The notes under the pieces were generated by a model. That model saw only the letters and a list, made by a program, of their open reading frames with translations, did not search any database and was not told the origin of the DNA. From Callorhinchus milii (taxonomy: Eukaryota), in the NCBI RefSeq assembly GCF_018977255.1, contig NW_024704771.1:2232001-2296000 (forward strand): a stretch of DNA of 64,000 bases, read 5' to 3'. The position numbers and the translations under genes were made by a program. This document shows, piece after piece, positions 48,730 through 60,273 of the stretch. The first letter of the stretch is position 1, and each line of letters starts with the position of its first letter.

Positions 48730-51700
48730 CTAGAGAGAGAATCAGACCATTAATGTCAGACACATTTACAATTATAAATAAGATTATCTTCAGCGTTGTC
48801 ACCGGGAGAGAAGCCTTTGTGTAAATCATCGACATCTTCTGGGAATAGAATCCAGCATAAAGTCTCACAAAGTGTGTGTGTGTGGATGGGACGGGATATG
48901 AGGGTGTGTGGTGGGGCTTGATGGTGTGTGTGTGTGTGCAGGATGTGTGTGGAGGGGGTGCGGGTGTGTGTGGTTTTGAGGATGTGTGTGGGGGGGATGT
49001 GAGAGTGTTTGGGGGGGAATGTGTGGGTGTTTGGGAAGATGTTAGAGCATATATGTTGGGTGGTTGTGAGGGTGTGTCTGTGGGGGAATTTGACGGTGTG
49101 TTTGGGGGGGGATGTGAGGATGTGTATGGGGAGGGGAGGCTATTGAAATATATTGACTATCATCTCTGCATAAATTGCTATACTTCAAACAGCAACCGAA
49201 TGTTCCAGAAGGTTTGATAGTTAAATGGTTAAAGGTAGCTTTTCGGGGCCGGTTAAGGTCAGCTGCTGATTAAACGGCTGCAGTCTTAATACCTACCTCT
49301 CTCAAGGCTGAGAAGCAAGGAGACTGTGAAAGGCTGGACAGAAGTTGTCCATATCTTTCTCCTTATCAGATATTTTCTTATGCGAAAGAGCTTACACAAA
49401 GATCGCTAGCAGTCTGTGAAGGCCATGGGGTCTGTCTCGGTGACCAGGGGAGGTGAAGTTAGAAACACATAATAATAATAATAATCGTTGCATTTGATAT
49501 AGCGCTTTTCACGTCAGGAGGACGTCCCAAAGCGCTTCACAGAACACACTGTAAAGTGAATTGACTGTATATTTGTGGGCGAACGCGGCAGCCAATTGCA
49601 CACAGCAATGTCCCACAAACAGTCATGGATTGGAAATGACCAATTTATTATTGTTTTTGGTTTTGGAGGGATTATTATTAGGCTCTGTGTGGAGTAAGGA
49701 AACTTGCCCAAGGTTTCGCCCTCTGCCTGGAATTGAACTCAGGTCTCTCGCTTGCAAAGCGAGTGCTCTAACCACTGAGCTACAGGACTCCACATAGTTG
49801 GAGTACTGTAGAGGGTTAGCCAGTGCAACCGGTATTAATTCTATTGTATCTATGTATGTGTCCAGGGGACAGGGCATTTACCTCCAGTAAGAAAGTGAAA
49901 GAGGAGGAGTGGTCGACAGCAGCCAGAGGGAAGACAAGGATAGAGATCAGATGGTCGTTGTCCAGAGTCATCGGAATGGGTAATATACTTTGATTCTGTA
50001 AATACTTATATTTGACTAATTCTACAATAAAACTTTGTTACACCATTTTGGATTGTTGAGTCATATTTCGAACTCAGGAAATCCCAATGTGAGAGTGTGT
50101 GTGTGGGGGGGGGATGTGAGAGAGTTGTGTGTGTGGGGGGTGAGTGTGTGTGTGGGGGGGGGATGTGAGAGAGTTGTGTGTGGGGGGTTGAGTGTGTGTG
50201 TGGGGGGGATGTGAGAGAGTTGTGTGTGGGGTGATATGAGGGTGTTTGGTGGGAGATGTGAAGATAAGTGTGAAGGGGCATGTGAGGGTATGTGGGGGTG
50301 TATGTGAGGGTTTGTGGAGGATGTGAGTGTTTTTGGAGGAGTTTGCACATGTATTTGTGGGGGAATGTGAGGGTGTGTGTGGGGGGATGTGAGGTGGGTG
50401 GGAATGTGAGGGTGTGTGGGGAAAGGATGTGAAGACTGAGTGTGGAGGATGTGAGTGTGTGGGGAATTGATGTGAGGGTGTGTGTGAGGGAGGTAAGTGA
50501 GTGTGTGGGAGGGAGGTGAGTGAGTGTGTGTATGAGGGAGGTGAGTGTGTGGGGGGGGGGTGAGGTGAGGGTGTGTGTGTGGATTTGTGCGACTGTGTGG
50601 GGGGAATATGTGGTTGTGTGTGGGGGTAATGTAAGGTTGTTTGTGTGGGGAAGTTTTGAGGTGTGTGTGGAGAGCTTAGTGAGGGTGAATGTGGGTTTTT
50701 GTGAGGGTGTGCAGGGAGGGATGAGAAGTTATGGGTGGGGGGCATGTGAGGTTGTTTGTGTGGGGGAGTTGTGAGGGTGTGTGTGAGGGATAGTGAGGTT
50801 GTGTCTGGGGTAATGTGAGGGTTTTTTGTGGGGGAGGGAAATGAGTGTGTATGGGGTGGGGGGATGCGATGGTTTGTGTGGGGGATTGATAGTGTGTGTG
50901 GGGGGGTGTGAGTGTGTGTGGGGAGTTGTGAGAGTGTGTGGGGGTGTATGAGGATGTGTGGGTTGCGTGATATTGTATGTGTGGGGGATGTGAGGCTGTG
51001 GGTGGGATGAGGGATGTGAGGGTATGTGGGGGGATGAGAGGGTGTGAGAGTATGTGGAGTGGGGATGTGAGGTTGTGTTTGTGTGTGGATGGGATGTGAG
51101 TGTGTGCGGGTGTGTTGGATGTGAGGGTGATGTGAAAGTGTGTGGGGAGGTTTGTGTGAATTTGTGTTTGTGTGTGGAGTATGTGAGGGTGTTGGGGGAT
51201 ATAAAGGCGGGTGTGAGTGTTTTGGGGAAGTGTGCGGCTTCTGTGTGAGGTTGTATGTATGGGGAACGTGAGCCTGGGATAGTGGAGAGTGGAGATGAGG
51301 GTATATTGGGGAGATGTGAGTATGTGCGCATCGGGGTTGTGAGTGTGTGAGGTGGGGATATGAGAGTTTGTGAGTGGGGGGATGTGAGGTTGTGTGAGGA
51401 TGTGTGTGTTGGTGAGTGTGGGGGTGTATGGGGTGTGTGTGTGGGTGTGCAGGGATATGAGGATGTTTGTGGGGGATTGGCTGTGATGGTTTGTGTGTGA
51501 GGGGATGTGAGGGTGTGTGTAAGATGATGTAAGGGTGTGTGTGGGGGGTTGTGAGGGGTATGTGTGTGAGGGTCTGTATGTTGTGGGGGGTGATGTGATT
51601 GTGTGTGGGGTGGTGGGAGTCACTGTGTTGGATGTTGGTTGTTTGATCACTCAGACTCTTACCTGCACACTTGCAAATCCTTTTCAAACCTGGAACCAAG

Positions 51701-54700
51701 AAGAAAGAAGTGATCAGACCTTTGGCAGTTCCTAACAAAGTCACACTCCCTCCCTCTCTAACTCCCTTTGTCTCCCGATGCCTCCCTCTCTCACTCACTC
51801 TCTCTATCTCTCTCCCCTCCCTCCCTCCTCCTCTCACTCTCTCCCTCATTCCCTCCTCCTCTCACCTCCCTCCCTCTCTCAATCCCGTTCTCACTCCCTC
51901 CCCCTCTCACTCCCTCCCTCCTCCTCCTCCTCTCACTCCCTCCCTGCCTCTTCCTCACTCCCTCTTCCTCTCACTCCCTCTCTCATTCCCTCCTCCTCTC
52001 CCCACCTCGCTCCCTCCCTCCCTACCTGCCTCATTGATACTCGCTCATTCTCTCTCCTACATGTGTGTATATCCATAAGCCAATGTTGTCTGGGGGAAGA
52101 CAAGGGAAAGCTAAAGCTGTGAAATAGACCAATGTTTGGAGTTAAACAGCCTGTAATAATTCATGGATTAGATTATTGAAATTTACAGCGCACAAGGAGA
52201 CCAATCACCGTCCAGTCTATATGGGCTCTCAGAGCAAAGTGTTCATACAACAGCTGCCCTGCCCATACAACAGCTGCCCTGCCCATACAACAGCTGCCCT
52301 GCCCATACAACAGCTGCCCTGCCCATACATCAGCTGCCCTGCCCATACAACAGCTGCCCTGCCCATACAACAGCTGCCCTGCCCATACAACAGCTGCCCT
52401 GCCCATACAACAGCTGCCCTGCCCTTCAAGCCTCTATCCCTCATATACCTGTCTACCTCTTTTTCTACTTCCCCTCCGCTCCACCATTGGAAATCGTGCA
52501 TTCAGGCACAATACCCCGAAACTCTGGAACATTCTCCCTCAGTCCCTCTGCCTTGCCCCCTCACTCCCTTTTTACAAGTCCCACCTGAAAACCTTCCTTT
52601 TCGACCGTGGTCACCGCCCACCAACCCCGCCACCACACCGGCTCGGAATCAGACTCCACCTCTGTTAAGCGCTCTGAGAAACTGCCCTGAGTGGAGGGAA
52701 CTATATATGTGCAAGTTATTGTTGTCCTATAATAATAATCCTCGTATTAGATTTAGCTCCTCATAAGCATTTTACTGGATTTACTGGAGAGTGTAGTGAC
52801 TGTATGTTTTGTTGGCAAACTATGTCTCCTTTGTGTGCAGCTTGTGAATGAGATTAATCACAATGTGAGATTGTTATTTTATTCTGATGACTTACCCACT
52901 CTCTTTTCAAGATCTAGAGGATAAAAAACAAAACCATTAGAAACCAATCCCAAACCAGTATTATTTAATGGTCAGTCTAAATGTTTACAACATTAACAGT
53001 TAGAGACTCCACAAAGTGCAGCTCAGCACAATTACAAGAGGTTCGAATTACAATAAAATTGACATTTACACAGCACCTTCCACAGCGGAGGACATCCCAA
53101 AGTACTGACAATGGGGTCTGAGGTCTGAGCTGGGGGTGGGGGCCGGGATGGGGGCGCGGGGCGTGGAAGAAGAGGAAACTTAACTGAAAATGCAGAATGC
53201 AGTAGGTCATGAGATGGGCCTTGAAAGAGGTGAGGGAGGGAGCGTGGGGTGGGGGATGGGAAGGATTTTTGGATTGAATTCCAGAGAGTGGAGGCAGAGA
53301 GGCTGAAAGCCTGAGCTGCTGACGGTGGGCAAGATAGGATGGTGACATGAAACAGGCATTCAGGTCACTGAGTGAAGGGAAGGGCCAACTGCTTTATAGA
53401 ACTTGTACATTTGTACACAAACAGTAACAAGTGTTGTGATGGGAACGTACCATTGATCTCTCGGCGCTGTTTTACACTGTAGCCGACAAGAACACTCAAC
53501 ACCATTATGGCAAGTCCTAAGAGCAGTGAGGAAACCACCAAACCCACTGGCACTTTGGGAAAGAACTCGTCTGTCAAGAAATGTAAATAGACATTTAAAC
53601 ATCTATTCTCATATCAAACAACAATTACCTTCATTTACCCCAAAGTGACTGTATTACACACAATAGCTCAGTATCTGTCACAGGCTTGAGTCAAAGTGAA
53701 GTCCTGGTAGTGTATTGGATGGAGCACTCGCTTCACATCCGGGTTAGATTCCTGAACAGGGTGAAACATTAGACAAGTTTCCTTAATCCATATGTCTCTG
53801 TGTACCTAGCAGTAAATAGGAACCTGCTTGTTCGTTGATTGGCAGATCGCTTCCGGAGCTATTCCATAAAAAAAACAATAATAATTTGGTCACTCAATCT
53901 GCGGCTGTTTGTGGGACACTGCTGTGTGCAATTGGCTGCTGAGTTTCCTCCACAAAATACACATTCAATTCACTTTATCTTATATTCTGTGAAGCACTTT
54001 GAGATGACTCAGATACGTTATAATGCGCTATATGAAATACAAGGATTATTATGTACTTTTACTGGGGAGAGAAATGTCCAGGTGCTGTGAGCAGAGAGGA
54101 AACCAGTTTGGAGAAAGTTATACAGGAAATTATGTGAGAGGAAGCAATGGAGCTTCGAGGATACAATTCATCCCAGCACTTTGGAGAGGAAATGCAGGTT
54201 GGAAATGGCGCAACAGCTAGAGATTTTGTGAGGAGTTCAGTGAAAGTTTAATTGAAGAGAATAAATGGCAGCATTTCTGAAAGAGAAATACCATGCCAGA
54301 GGAAAGGAAATCATTCCTAATATCTATTTTATTTCAGTTTACAATTGTGATTTCTGGAAGAACCTCTAACCTTTATTGTCTAGTAACAGAAATCAGAGAC
54401 CCCAAAGAGAAGTGGAAAAGGACATTGGAACAAATGTGAAGCATAATCCCAACACATTCTTCCAATGTTATAGCAACAAGAGGGTAATCGGGGAACAAGA
54501 TAAATCCAGAGGATCCAAAGTGTACTGAAGGGGCTGAACAGGAGATACTGAATGTATTAAATGACTACATTTTGTTGTTACTCAAACAGGAAGGTTCTGT
54601 CCAACAGAGCTGTGATGACAGAGCCATACCTGGCAACTCATGAACATAAGTGAATGGAAAATTGATGAAAACAATAAATAGCAGAAATAGTTGGAAGATG

Positions 54701-57700
54701 ACCCCAGTGTAAATGTCTGTGTTAAACCCGACCTTCAGAACGCTGAACTTGTGTCCTCTTGTCCTGCTGCCTCCATGTGGAAGTCCTATAACTATGTCCT
54801 ATTCCCCAGCTCAGATCCAAATTCCTGATGGTAAAGCACCTTGGGATGTTCTCTCAGTATGAAAGACGCTTTACAAATGTCATTTGTTGTTGTTGTTGTT
54901 GTTGTCCTGTAGCTTCTCAGCTCTTAAGTTGGAGTCTTCCCTTCACTGTGAGGTGGATCAGGCAATATTTGTTTCTTCTGAAGCAATGTTGGCTGTGAGT
55001 TATGAAGTACGACAACAACAAGAACTTGGATTTATATAGCACCTTCCATACCGGACGGCGTCTCAGAATGCTTTACAGTTACGGATCCCGGGACTGAGCC
55101 ATGGGGAGTGGGGGGGGGAAAGGTGACCAAAGGCGCGGTCGAAAAGAAAGTGTCTCTTCAGCAGAGACCTGAAAACGGGAAGGGAGGGATTGAGACAAAG
55201 GGAGTGAGGAAGGCAGTTCCAGAGCTTGGGGCATAGTGGCTGACGGCACGGCCATTGAGGGTGGAGCGGAGGACTCGGGGGACGAAAAGGAGGCCAGACG
55301 CGGAGGAATGAAGGCATGAAGTATTGACTCATTCACAAGATAATCAGCAGTTTGAAAGGTTAGCAGGAAGGGTGGGTGAGCTGAGGTCATTTCAGAATTG
55401 ATTTCAGTTTGTAATGAAGATTAATTTCCTTCAAAGCCCTCAAAGCTTTTCCCTATCTCTGTGATCAGCTAACTCCATATTTCTGCTCCAATTCTGTGAA
55501 ACACCATTCACATTCCCTCCATCTCGCTCAGTTGCTTTACCTCCTTCAAGACCAACCTTCTTTGACCGTGCCCTCAGTCACCCTCCTACTTCCACTCTCC
55601 CTGCCCTCCACCCATCATGATCCCAAACCCCAGCTCGGGTACAAATCCTTGATTGTCCAGCACCTTTGTTAGCGCCTCTGACGTTCGGACATCCTCCCAA
55701 CATGAAAGGCAATTTACAAATGTAATTTGTTGTTATTGTTGAAGATGGTGAGTTTGGTATTTTGAAAGGATGAACTCAGATGGACTGTATCATCCAGACT
55801 GAGGTAATTTTCACCTCATGTGTTGTACAAATCTGCATCATATTTATCAGACTATTGATAATAATTCAGTGTATTTACTGACCTGAGATTTGGAGTTTTG
55901 CTTCTTGTTCATTTTCTGAATTGTGAATCAGACACCTGATCTTGTTGGTTGAATGGATTATTTCTATTTGGCTTTTAACACTGTAGAGACCTTTAGAATC
56001 CTCTCTGACAGTCCAATTACTGAGTGTTGTTAAGTTGTTTCCCTGATCATCAAACCATAGAACCTCTGGTGCTGGGAACCATCCACTGGATTCACACAGC
56101 AGCCTCACACCATCACTGTGCTGCCCATCAACGTGAATCCAAGGCTGTCTGCCAAGAACTGGAAGAGACAGTAGACGTGAATCAGGCAATATTTATATCC
56201 GGGACATTACAGAGCAGTGACCGCACTGAAGGCCTGTTCACAACATTCTGAATACATTTACACCAATGATAACTTGTTCTTGTTTCTATAAAGTATTGTA
56301 TTTTGAACATAACATTAACAAATACTGAATTTTGTACACACAGATTATATGAAATAAAATGAATTGTAAACATTACTGACCTGTAACTTTCAACTCTATC
56401 AGTACATCTTGATATGATCCGGCGTACTCAACAAAACATGTGTATTCTCCATTATCTGACACCCGCACATCTTCCAGTCTGAGAGACACATTGCCATTGA
56501 TAAACTCCTCTACAAACAGTTGTGTTCTATGTCTGTAGGCTTCATCCTGTTTTCTCAGTTGATGTCGTCCCTCCTTGTATAAGTACACAGGGGAATCGTA
56601 ACTTGTCCTGAACCATCTCACCTCCACACCCTCTCGAGGCAGGTCTGTGGAACACTTACAGTCCAGGACAACATCTGAACCAGCAATGGCTGGGACAGGG
56701 AGGGCCGGGCCACTGACTGTGAATCTCTCTGTTCAATAACAAACAATGGATTGTTACAGTTAGGATTTTCAGTCACACTTACTCAGACAAACTCTGTCAA
56801 TAGACACTCACTGAGATAATAATAATGCTTGCATTTGATATAGCTTATAGATAATTATTTGGGAAGCACAAGTTTGCAGAGCTATGGGGAGAGAACAGGG
56901 GACTGGGATTGATTTGGATAGCTCTTTTAAAAGAGCTGGCACCCTGGGCTGAATGTCCTCCTTCTGTGCTTTATATCTCTATAATTCTATGATGAATCTA
57001 TGGTTAGCACGTTGCCAAGAAGTCTCAAAGATCTTCATAGGATATATGGTAAAGTACTGTGACTGTGTATTTTGTGGATGAAAGGTGGCAACCAGTTTTC
57101 GCACATGATTGTCCCACAACTAATCATGAATTGAGTGACCCATTTTTGTATTTTGGAGTAGTGACAGCATGGATGAGTTTTTCAGCAGCCTGTGAGGAGA
57201 GATAAGAGGTGGAACTGGGCAATATTGTAGACGCGGGAAAGGCAAAATGGGTAATGGCATGAATGTGGGGTATAAAAGACAGTTGAGGGTGAAACAGGAT
57301 ACCAAGTTGCTGTACTGGAAGTGGAGAGTACATCCATGAATAGTGATGCTGTGAGTGCCTGAGGTGCAGAGATGCTGACGGGAACCAAGGAGGAGAGCCT
57401 CGGTCTTGTCGACATTCAACTGTACGAAATTGGCTCTCATCCAGGCCTTGTCTGACAGATTATCCATCAGGACAGCAGAACTGGAATCGAGGGTGTAGGC
57501 AGAAAGATAGAGTTGGATGTCATCCGTGTACGTGTGGAATTTAACCCCATTTGTGTGGATGATATCCGTAAGCAAGAGCATGTAAATATTAAAGAGGAGA
57601 GGATGAAGAAAAGAGCCCTGAGGAGCATCACATGTGACAGTGCGAGAGTTAGAGGAGAAGTCATTGGTGGAAACAAAGTGGAGACGATGGGAAAGGTAAG

Positions 57701-58981
57701 AATGGAACCAGGCAAGGGCAGAGCGGTGATGGTGGAGCTGAGAGGAGAGGCACTGGGAAAGAATAAGAGTGGTCAACACTGTCAAAAATAGCGGAGAGAT
57801 CAAGAAGGATAGAGAGCCCTGGTCACATATAGACAGAATGTCAGTTGTAACTGTGACCCTGTACCATGGACAGAAACCAGATTGGAGAGATTCTCCCTTT
57901 ACCTTCAGCAATTTAACACCCACAGAAATCAAACACATGTAATATTCTCACAAGACTCTGTGAAGAAATAATAATAATAATCCTTGCATTTGATATAGCG
58001 CTTTTCACGTCGGAAGGACGTCCCAAAGCGCTTCACAGAACACACTGTAAAGTGAATTGACTGTATATTTGTGGGCGAACCCGGCAGCCAATTGCGCACA
58101 GCAATGTCCCACAAACAGTCATAGATTGAAAATGACTAATTTTATTATTGTTTGTTTGCTGATCTCACTTATAACCAGGTTAGCTACAATTTCAGATTTT
58201 ATGTTCCTTTGTTTTCCAAGAAGGAAATGTTGTCCACTATTTAGCTTGACAATTCCCTTCACTATTTAAGCATCTCAATCAGATCCCCCTTCAACCTAAT
58301 CAGCTCTGAGGAATATAACCGATGTCTAACCAGCCTCTCAACACAGTTAAAACATTTCATCCCAGGTATTAATCTCATGAATCATTTTAAGAATAGCGGA
58401 ACTCCCTTCTCACAGAATCATACAATAACACAGCACAGAAGGACATTCGGCCCAGCGAGTCCATGCCGGTCTTTGAAAGAGCTAATGTCTTAAAATCTCA
58501 GAGCTTTTAAAAAAAGCATTTGGTCACTCAATCCAAAACTGTTTATGGGGCACTACTGTGCAAAATTGGCTGCCACAAATCTGCCCACAAAATTTTCCTC
58601 AATTCTGTGAAATGCTTTGAGATGTCTCAGCAATGAGATGAGGCACTATATCAAATGCAAATATGATTGTTACATAAATTCCTCACTTTTATATTCCTCT
58701 TTATAAAGACCATCATTAGTTTCACTAATTACTTTATCAACCCAAAAACAAGATTTCAGTGATTTATGTATTTGGAACCTAAATGCCTTTGCTCATCTCC
58801 TGGAACATTAGCAGCTCTCAGTGTGTGAATCACACTCACTCCCAACCACCACCTTCAGCAGCTCTCCCTTCTTCAGCAATTTAACACCAACAGAAATCAA
58901 ACAGATTCAATGTGTTTCCTTACCAGTCAGTGAGAGGGGAAGCACAAGCCATAGGACCTGAACAAAGTGTTTCCAGCTCAT
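48218..58981 (-). CDS. Intact canonical butyrophilin-like gene C (leader-IgV-IgC-TM-2 microexons-B30.2), 452 aa
   Basis: Exons 58924-58981 (58 nt), 56381-56728 (348), 55883-56158 (276), 53451-53570 (120), 52896-52913 (18), 51663-51689 (27) and 48218-48729 (512) sum to 1359 nt. All junctions are phase 1 and AG/GT, with no internal stop. Confidence 0.92.
49475..49795 (-). mobile_element. Full-length tRNA(Ala-like)-derived SINE, family 1
   Basis: GTAGCTCAGTGGTTAGAGCACTCGCTTTGCAAGCGAGAGACCTGAGTTCAATTCC head, L2-like 3' tail and (TTA)n. Confidence 0.9.
50080..51620. repeat. GT/G-rich low-complexity tract in the last intron of gene C
   Basis: Degenerate (GT)n/GATGTGAGGG repeats. Confidence 0.95.
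51663..51689 (-). CDS. 27-nt pre-B30.2 microexon of gene C (G-LKRICKCA)
   Basis: TTCTTGGTTCCAG acceptor, GTAAGA donor. Confidence 0.8.
51745..52030. repeat. (CT)-rich low-complexity tract
   Basis: Direct reading. Confidence 0.9.
52244..52424. repeat. 20-bp minisatellite CATACAACAGCTGCCCTGCC x9
   Basis: Nine near-perfect copies with one substitution. Confidence 0.95.
52896..52913 (-). CDS. 18-nt microexon of gene C (D-LEKRV)
   Basis: TTTTGTTTTTTATCCTCTAG acceptor, GTAAGT donor. Confidence 0.85.
53451..53570 (-). CDS. Transmembrane exon of gene C
   Basis: [40 protein letters not shown]. Confidence 0.92.
55883..56158 (-). CDS. IgC exon of gene C (276 nt)
   Basis: [35 protein letters not shown]...[12 protein letters not shown]...KIRCLIHN; BTN-type C domain. 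Confidence 0.95.
56381..56728 (-). CDS. IgV exon of gene C (348 nt)
   Basis: ERFTVSGP...LDCKCS...VEVRWFR...[26 protein letters not shown]. Confidence 0.95.
57130..57890 (-). mobile_element. Degenerate L2 LINE RT fragment
   Basis: [11 protein letters not shown]...[19 protein letters not shown]...[12 protein letters not shown]. Confidence 0.8.
58924..58981 (-). CDS. Signal-peptide exon (coding part) of gene C
   Basis: [19 protein letters not shown] followed by G|GTAAGG. Confidence 0.9.
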
Positions 58982-60262
58982 CCTCTAGGACCTTCACAAT
59001 GAGATCAGAACTGGTTACAACACAGCAAATCAGATCGTTACACACAGAGATTTGTGATCAAATATAATTGATAAAATATAAAACATAATTAATAATTCTG
59101 TGATCTTACAACATGTTCTTTGAATTTACACCCACAGCAGAACAAACTGCCTTCTCTGTTGGAATAGTGATTGGGATCTTTAACTGTGATAGTGAGGCCC
59201 CCCCTGGTCCCGCACTGGGGGTCTCCATGAGGTGGTTTGGGGAAGAAACATGTTATGTGTAACTGCTGTAATGTGCTCCTCCCCCTCCCCCTCCTCAGAG
59301 CCGCTCCTTATTCACCCCAACAAGGTGCAGGTCAGAGAGGGGCTCCCATTCCCTCCCTCCTCACTTGCCTCCAATTCTCAGCGTTTAAACAACAAACTGG
59401 GAATAAACTCACTGCAGCAGCTCCCGCATTACTATTGACACAAACCTGACAATACAGAACATTTAACTCACACTAACTGTACCTGTTGCAGCTTTGCTTG
59501 CAACCAAAGGAGCCAATCTGGAATGTAGATTTCAGTAATAGCGCTGACAAACTTTTTAACATGCCATAAACACCTTAAGCAAAACTGCCATATATGTGTG
59601 TTTAGGTCTTAGTTCCTGTGACCTAAACACATCAATGTAGAAGCTCACCGTCGAAAAAAGATATCCTCATAACACTTCCCTTGGCAAGACCTTTCTGATC
59701 AGGTATAAATCATATCTTTATTTCAATGCGTTATTGGCAGACAGACCCACAGACATTTTGTCTTTATTAATATAGAAAGATGTATTTCTCTTGAAGGCTG
59801 TGTGAATTCCTCTGTCACTACTTTGTTGCAGAATACCATGCATACCTCATATTTTGAGGCTTAATTAAAGCATTTTTAACATAGTTCATCAATAGAATAT
59901 TTCCCCAAAATATGCCCATGACACTCCCCCTTGAAAGTCCTTTCCAATGAGGTATAAATCGTGTCTCTACGTCAATCGATTATTGTGTTCTTGGTGGACA
60001 CACAGACAGACTGACGGACATTCTGTCTTTATTAGTGATTTTTTAAACTCCAGATCAGCGCACTTAATAGTGAAACCAATGAATTATATACTGGAATAAC
60101 AGTAAAGTTAAGTCATTATTTTAATGGTAAAATAATATATCATTTCAGGACACAATTTCTGACACTTACCTGTTTAAATTTGGCATTGAAAGACAAGAAT
60201 CTGCACTCTTAAAAATAAATGAAATGTGTGTTCGGGATGGCGATGTCCAGAGTCTAATGCTG

Positions 60263-60273
60263 CTTTCGGTTTC
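60263..60273 (-). promoter_or_regulatory. ISRE/IRF motif upstream of the non-coding exon of gene C
   Basis: GAAACCGAAAG about 95 bp upstream of the CAG|GTAAGT donor (~60170). Confidence 0.6.

Noticed and set aside
50006-52122. His/Thr/Pro-rich ORFs up to 591 aa
   Set aside because: Artefacts of the GT-rich and CT-rich intronic tracts.
52244-52424. Regular short repeats resembling a CRISPR array (also 13301-14047)
   Set aside because: No unique spacers and a eukaryotic context; these are plain minisatellites.
52961-52976. 21-nt AG-bounded segment in gene C at the position of the DVQRIGE exon
   Set aside because: In-frame TGA in the second codon and a poor donor (GTTTGG); at most a relic.
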